From an uncultured Pelagibacteraceae bacterium (GTDB lineage: Bacteria; Pseudomonadota; Alphaproteobacteria; Pelagibacterales; Pelagibacteraceae): DNA of 64,000 nucleotides. Numbering within the stretch: the first letter of the stretch is position 1; every line of letters begins with the position of its first letter. A program made the position numbers and the translations under genes. The notes beneath the pieces are model-generated. The model made no database searches, was not told where the DNA came from, and saw nothing but the letters and a program-made list of their open reading frames with translations. The stretch covers positions 60,408 to 124,407 of the forward strand of contig CACIDF010000001.1 in NCBI GenBank assembly GCA_902585365.1, written 5' to 3'. This document shows, piece after piece, positions 61,408 through 64,000 of this stretch.

Positions 61408-62492
61408 TATCTTAATTTTAATGTTGCAAGACCAATCATTGCTAAAATTAGAGAAATAATCCAAAATCTTATGACCACTGTAGACTCTGCCCACCCTTTT
61501 TTCTCAAAATGATGATGAATAGGGGCCATCATGAATATTCTTTTTCCAGTTAATTTAAAAGAAATTACCTGCACAATTACAGACACAGCTTCTAAAACAA
61601 AAAGCCCTCCTGTTATTGCTAAAACTATCTCATGTTTTGTTACTACTCCTACAGCACCCAAAGAGCCACCTAATGCTAAAGAACCTGTATCGCCCATAAA
61701 TATTTTTGCAGGTGGTGCATTAAACCATAAAAATCCTATCGAGGCCCCAATAATTGCTCCACAAAAAACAGCGACCTCTCCAACTCCTTTTATGTAAGGT
61801 ATCAAAAGATATTCGGCAAAAATTATATTACCAGATACGTAACTTATAAAAGCAAAACATCCTGCAACTAAAATGACTGGTACAGTAGCTAACCCGTCAA
61901 GACCATCTGTTAAATTAACTGCATTAGATGATCCAACAACCACAAATAAGTAAAAAGGAATAAAAAACCATCCTAAATTTATTACTAGGTTTTTGAAAAA
62001 AGGAAAATATAAATTATTAGTTAATTCTGACCCTATGAATTTATATAAGATTATTAAAGAAATTAGACTAATAATAATTTGTATTAAAAATTTTAATTTT
62101 GATGAAATTCCAGAAGAATTTTTGTTTTTTATTTTTTTATAATCATCAAAGGCACCGAGTATTCCAAATGAAAAAGTTATAAAGATTAGCAACCAATTGT
62201 ATGGGTTAAATAAGTCTGACCATAGAAAAACCCCAACAAATAATCCAATTAAAATTAACACACCTCCCATCGTTGGTGTTCCTATTTTTTTTATGAGATG
62301 TTCCTCTGGTCCATCTAATCTTATTGGGTTGGTAATTTTTTTTGCAGAAAAAAAATTTATAAATCTATCACCAATAATAAAAACTATAATCATTGATGTA
62401 ATAACTGCTAATCCAGTTCGTACGGTTAAAAAATTAAAAAAATTTAAAAAAGAGTAAGTATCTGAATAGTTAGTTAATAGATTATAAAGCAT
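61407..62492 (-). CDS. mraY: Phospho-N-acetylmuramoyl-pentapeptide transferase
   Basis: GTPTMGG, NAVNLTDGLDG, FMGDTGS, MAPIHHHFE motifs. Confidence 0.97.
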   Translation of the reverse strand: MLYNLLTNYSDTYSFLNFFNFLTVRTGLAVITSMIIVFIIGDRFINFFSAKKITNPIRLDGPEEHLIKKIGTPTMGGVLILIGLFVGVFLWSDLFNPYNWLLIFITFSFGILGAFDDYKKIKNKNSSGISSKLKFLIQIIISLISLIILYKFIGSELTNNLYFPFFKNLVINLGWFFIPFYLFVVVGSSNAVNLTDGLDGLATVPVILVAGCFAFISYVSGNIIFAEYLLIPYIKGVGEVAVFCGAIIGASIGFLWFNAPPAKIFMGDTGSLALGGSLGAVGVVTKHEIVLAITGGLFVLEAVSVIVQVISFKLTGKRIFMMAPIHHHFEKKGWAESTVVIRFWIISLILAMIGLATLKLR

Positions 62493-64000
62493 TATAATTT
62501 TTTAATAATTTTATTTAATCCTGTTGAATTTGATCCTTTTACCATCAAAAAACTGTTATTTGGCAGATCATTATTTATTAGTTTGTAAATATCCATTCTA
62601 TTTTGTATCACTCTTCCCCTAATTTGTGGTTTTAATTTGTTAAATGTATGATTAATTTGATTTCCATAAACGTAGATTTTATTTATATTCGACTTATTTA
62701 AATATTTCGCAATTTCATTATGTAATTTTTTAGAATGTTTTCCAAGTTCAAGCATATCACCTAATAGTAAAAATTTTTTGTTATTTTTCTTATAAAGAGA
62801 ATCATATTTTTCTAAAGCAAATTTTAAAGATAACGGGTTTGAATTATAGCTTTCATCAATAATCGTTATTCTTTTTGAACCATTTCTAAAATTAATTATT
62901 GATCCCCGGCTTTCAGGAATACAAAAACCTGAAAACAAGTTACGATTGAGTTTTTCAATATCGAAATAAACGCTTATTATGCTTATAGACGCAAGAATAT
63001 TTTCGATTTGATTAGACAAATTTTTTGAAACTAAGAAAGATTTTTTTACTCCTTTAATTTTTAATTTTATTAAATAACCTTTTTTCCATTTTTTTTTTTC
63101 TAAAAAAAGGATGTCAGCATTAATATTAGATTTACTATATTTTATAATTTTAAGACTACGATTTTTTGATTTTTTTAATAAATATTTAAAATATTGATCA
63201 TCCATATTCATAACCATTGTTCCATCACTGACAATATTATCTATTATTTCTGACTTAGCGTTTGCAATATGATCAAGATTTTTAAAATTTTTTATATGTG
63301 CATAAGAAATATTTGTTATTAACCCTAAATTTGGTTTAATCAATTTAGTTAAATAATCTATCTCTCCCTTTTTATCCATACCTGCCTCTAGTACAGAAAA
63401 TTTTGAGGTTTCTGGTATATTAAAAATGCTTAATGGAACTCCAAATTTATTGTTGAGTGAACGTTTTGAAGAATAGGTTTTTTCTAATTTATTAAGACAA
63501 AAACCTGTTAATTCTTTTACTGAAGTCTTTCCTGCTGAACCAGTAATTGTTATTGTATTTATATTCAAAGATTTCCTTAGTATTGAGCTTGCAGTGTTTA
63601 ATAAATTTAATGGATTTCCAACAAATTTAACTTTTGAATTTTTATTTCTAAAATTTGATATTGCTAAAATTGCACCATTTTTTATAGCCTCAATTGCAAA
63701 CTTGTTTCCGTCAAATTTTTTTCCCTTAATCCCGAAAAATATTGAATTTTTATTAATACTTTTTGAATTAATTGATGCTGAACTTAGAGTTTTTTTTTTA
63801 TTAATAATGTTATAACCAAAAATTTCGTTTAAGATATTTGTTTTAATTGATTTAGATAAAATTTTATTTTTTTTTTTTATGGCATTTAGAATTTCTATTT
63901 TATCAGAAAATTTAATTTGTTTTTTATACTCTTGATAATTTTCATGTCCTTTTCCCGCTACTATCAAAATATCTCCTGATCTTAATTTTTTTATAGCAGT
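62492..64000 (-). CDS. murF: MurE-MurF fusion protein (MurE C-terminus plus complete MurF); 5' end outside the window
   Basis: Frame is open to the window edge: TAIKKLRSGDILIVAGKGHENYQ...FSD (MurE C-terminal motif) continues without a stop into MurF motifs ITGSAGKTS, NNKFGVP, EAGM, DESYNSNP, GDMLELG, VKGS. Confidence 0.88.
   Translation of the reverse strand, partial: TAIKKLRSGDILIVAGKGHENYQEYKKQIKFSDKIEILNAIKKKNKILSKSIKTNILNEIFGYNIINKKKTLSSASINSKSINKNSIFFGIKGKKFDGNKFAIEAIKNGAILAISNFRNKNSKVKFVGNPLNLLNTASSILRKSLNINTITITGSAGKTSVKELTGFCLNKLEKTYSSKRSLNNKFGVPLSIFNIPETSKFSVLEAGMDKKGEIDYLTKLIKPNLGLITNISYAHIKNFKNLDHIANAKSEIIDNIVSDGTMVMNMDDQYFKYLLKKSKNRSLKIIKYSKSNINADILFLEKKKWKKGYLIKLKIKGVKKSFLVSKNLSNQIENILASISIISVYFDIEKLNRNLFSGFCIPESRGSIINFRNGSKRITIIDESYNSNPLSLKFALEKYDSLYKKNNKKFLLLGDMLELGKHSKKLHNEIAKYLNKSNINKIYVYGNQINHTFNKLKPQIRGRVIQNRMDIYKLINNDLPNNSFLMVKGSNSTGLNKIIKKL

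Overview
Very AT-rich, gene-dense alphaproteobacterial chromosome segment. Tiny or overlapping intergenic spaces, thyX, a permuted two-piece tmRNA and the protein style all point to SAR11/Pelagibacterales; this is an inference and no database search was run. The first ~20 kb is nutrient scavenging: a PotD/PotA-like ABC transporter with ectoine-catabolism-like genes (DoeA/EutD-type hydrolase, EutA-type racemase), and a candidate 5-oxoproline (pyroglutamate) module (pxpABC, a DctP6/7-type TRAP transporter, a degenerate orphan ABC binding protein, a secreted gamma-glutamylcyclotransferase-like protein). LysE/ProC-like genes with a structured intergenic hairpin, grxC, msrB, HDAC, DMT and a dadA-like gene follow. 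The rest is mostly core: mreBCD-mrdA-rodA, ilvBNC-leuA, a frameshifted coiled-coil serine protease, miaA-degP-hflKC, mrp, an autotransporter, thyX, tmRNA, fumC, uvrD, pepP, ligA, bamD, lpxC and the dcw cluster. The dcw cluster has a MurE-MurF in-frame fusion, a half-size FtsA-like protein, no ftsZ between ftsA and lpxC, and no recN between bamD and ligA. No CRISPR, rRNA, true tRNA or transposase/integrase was seen.
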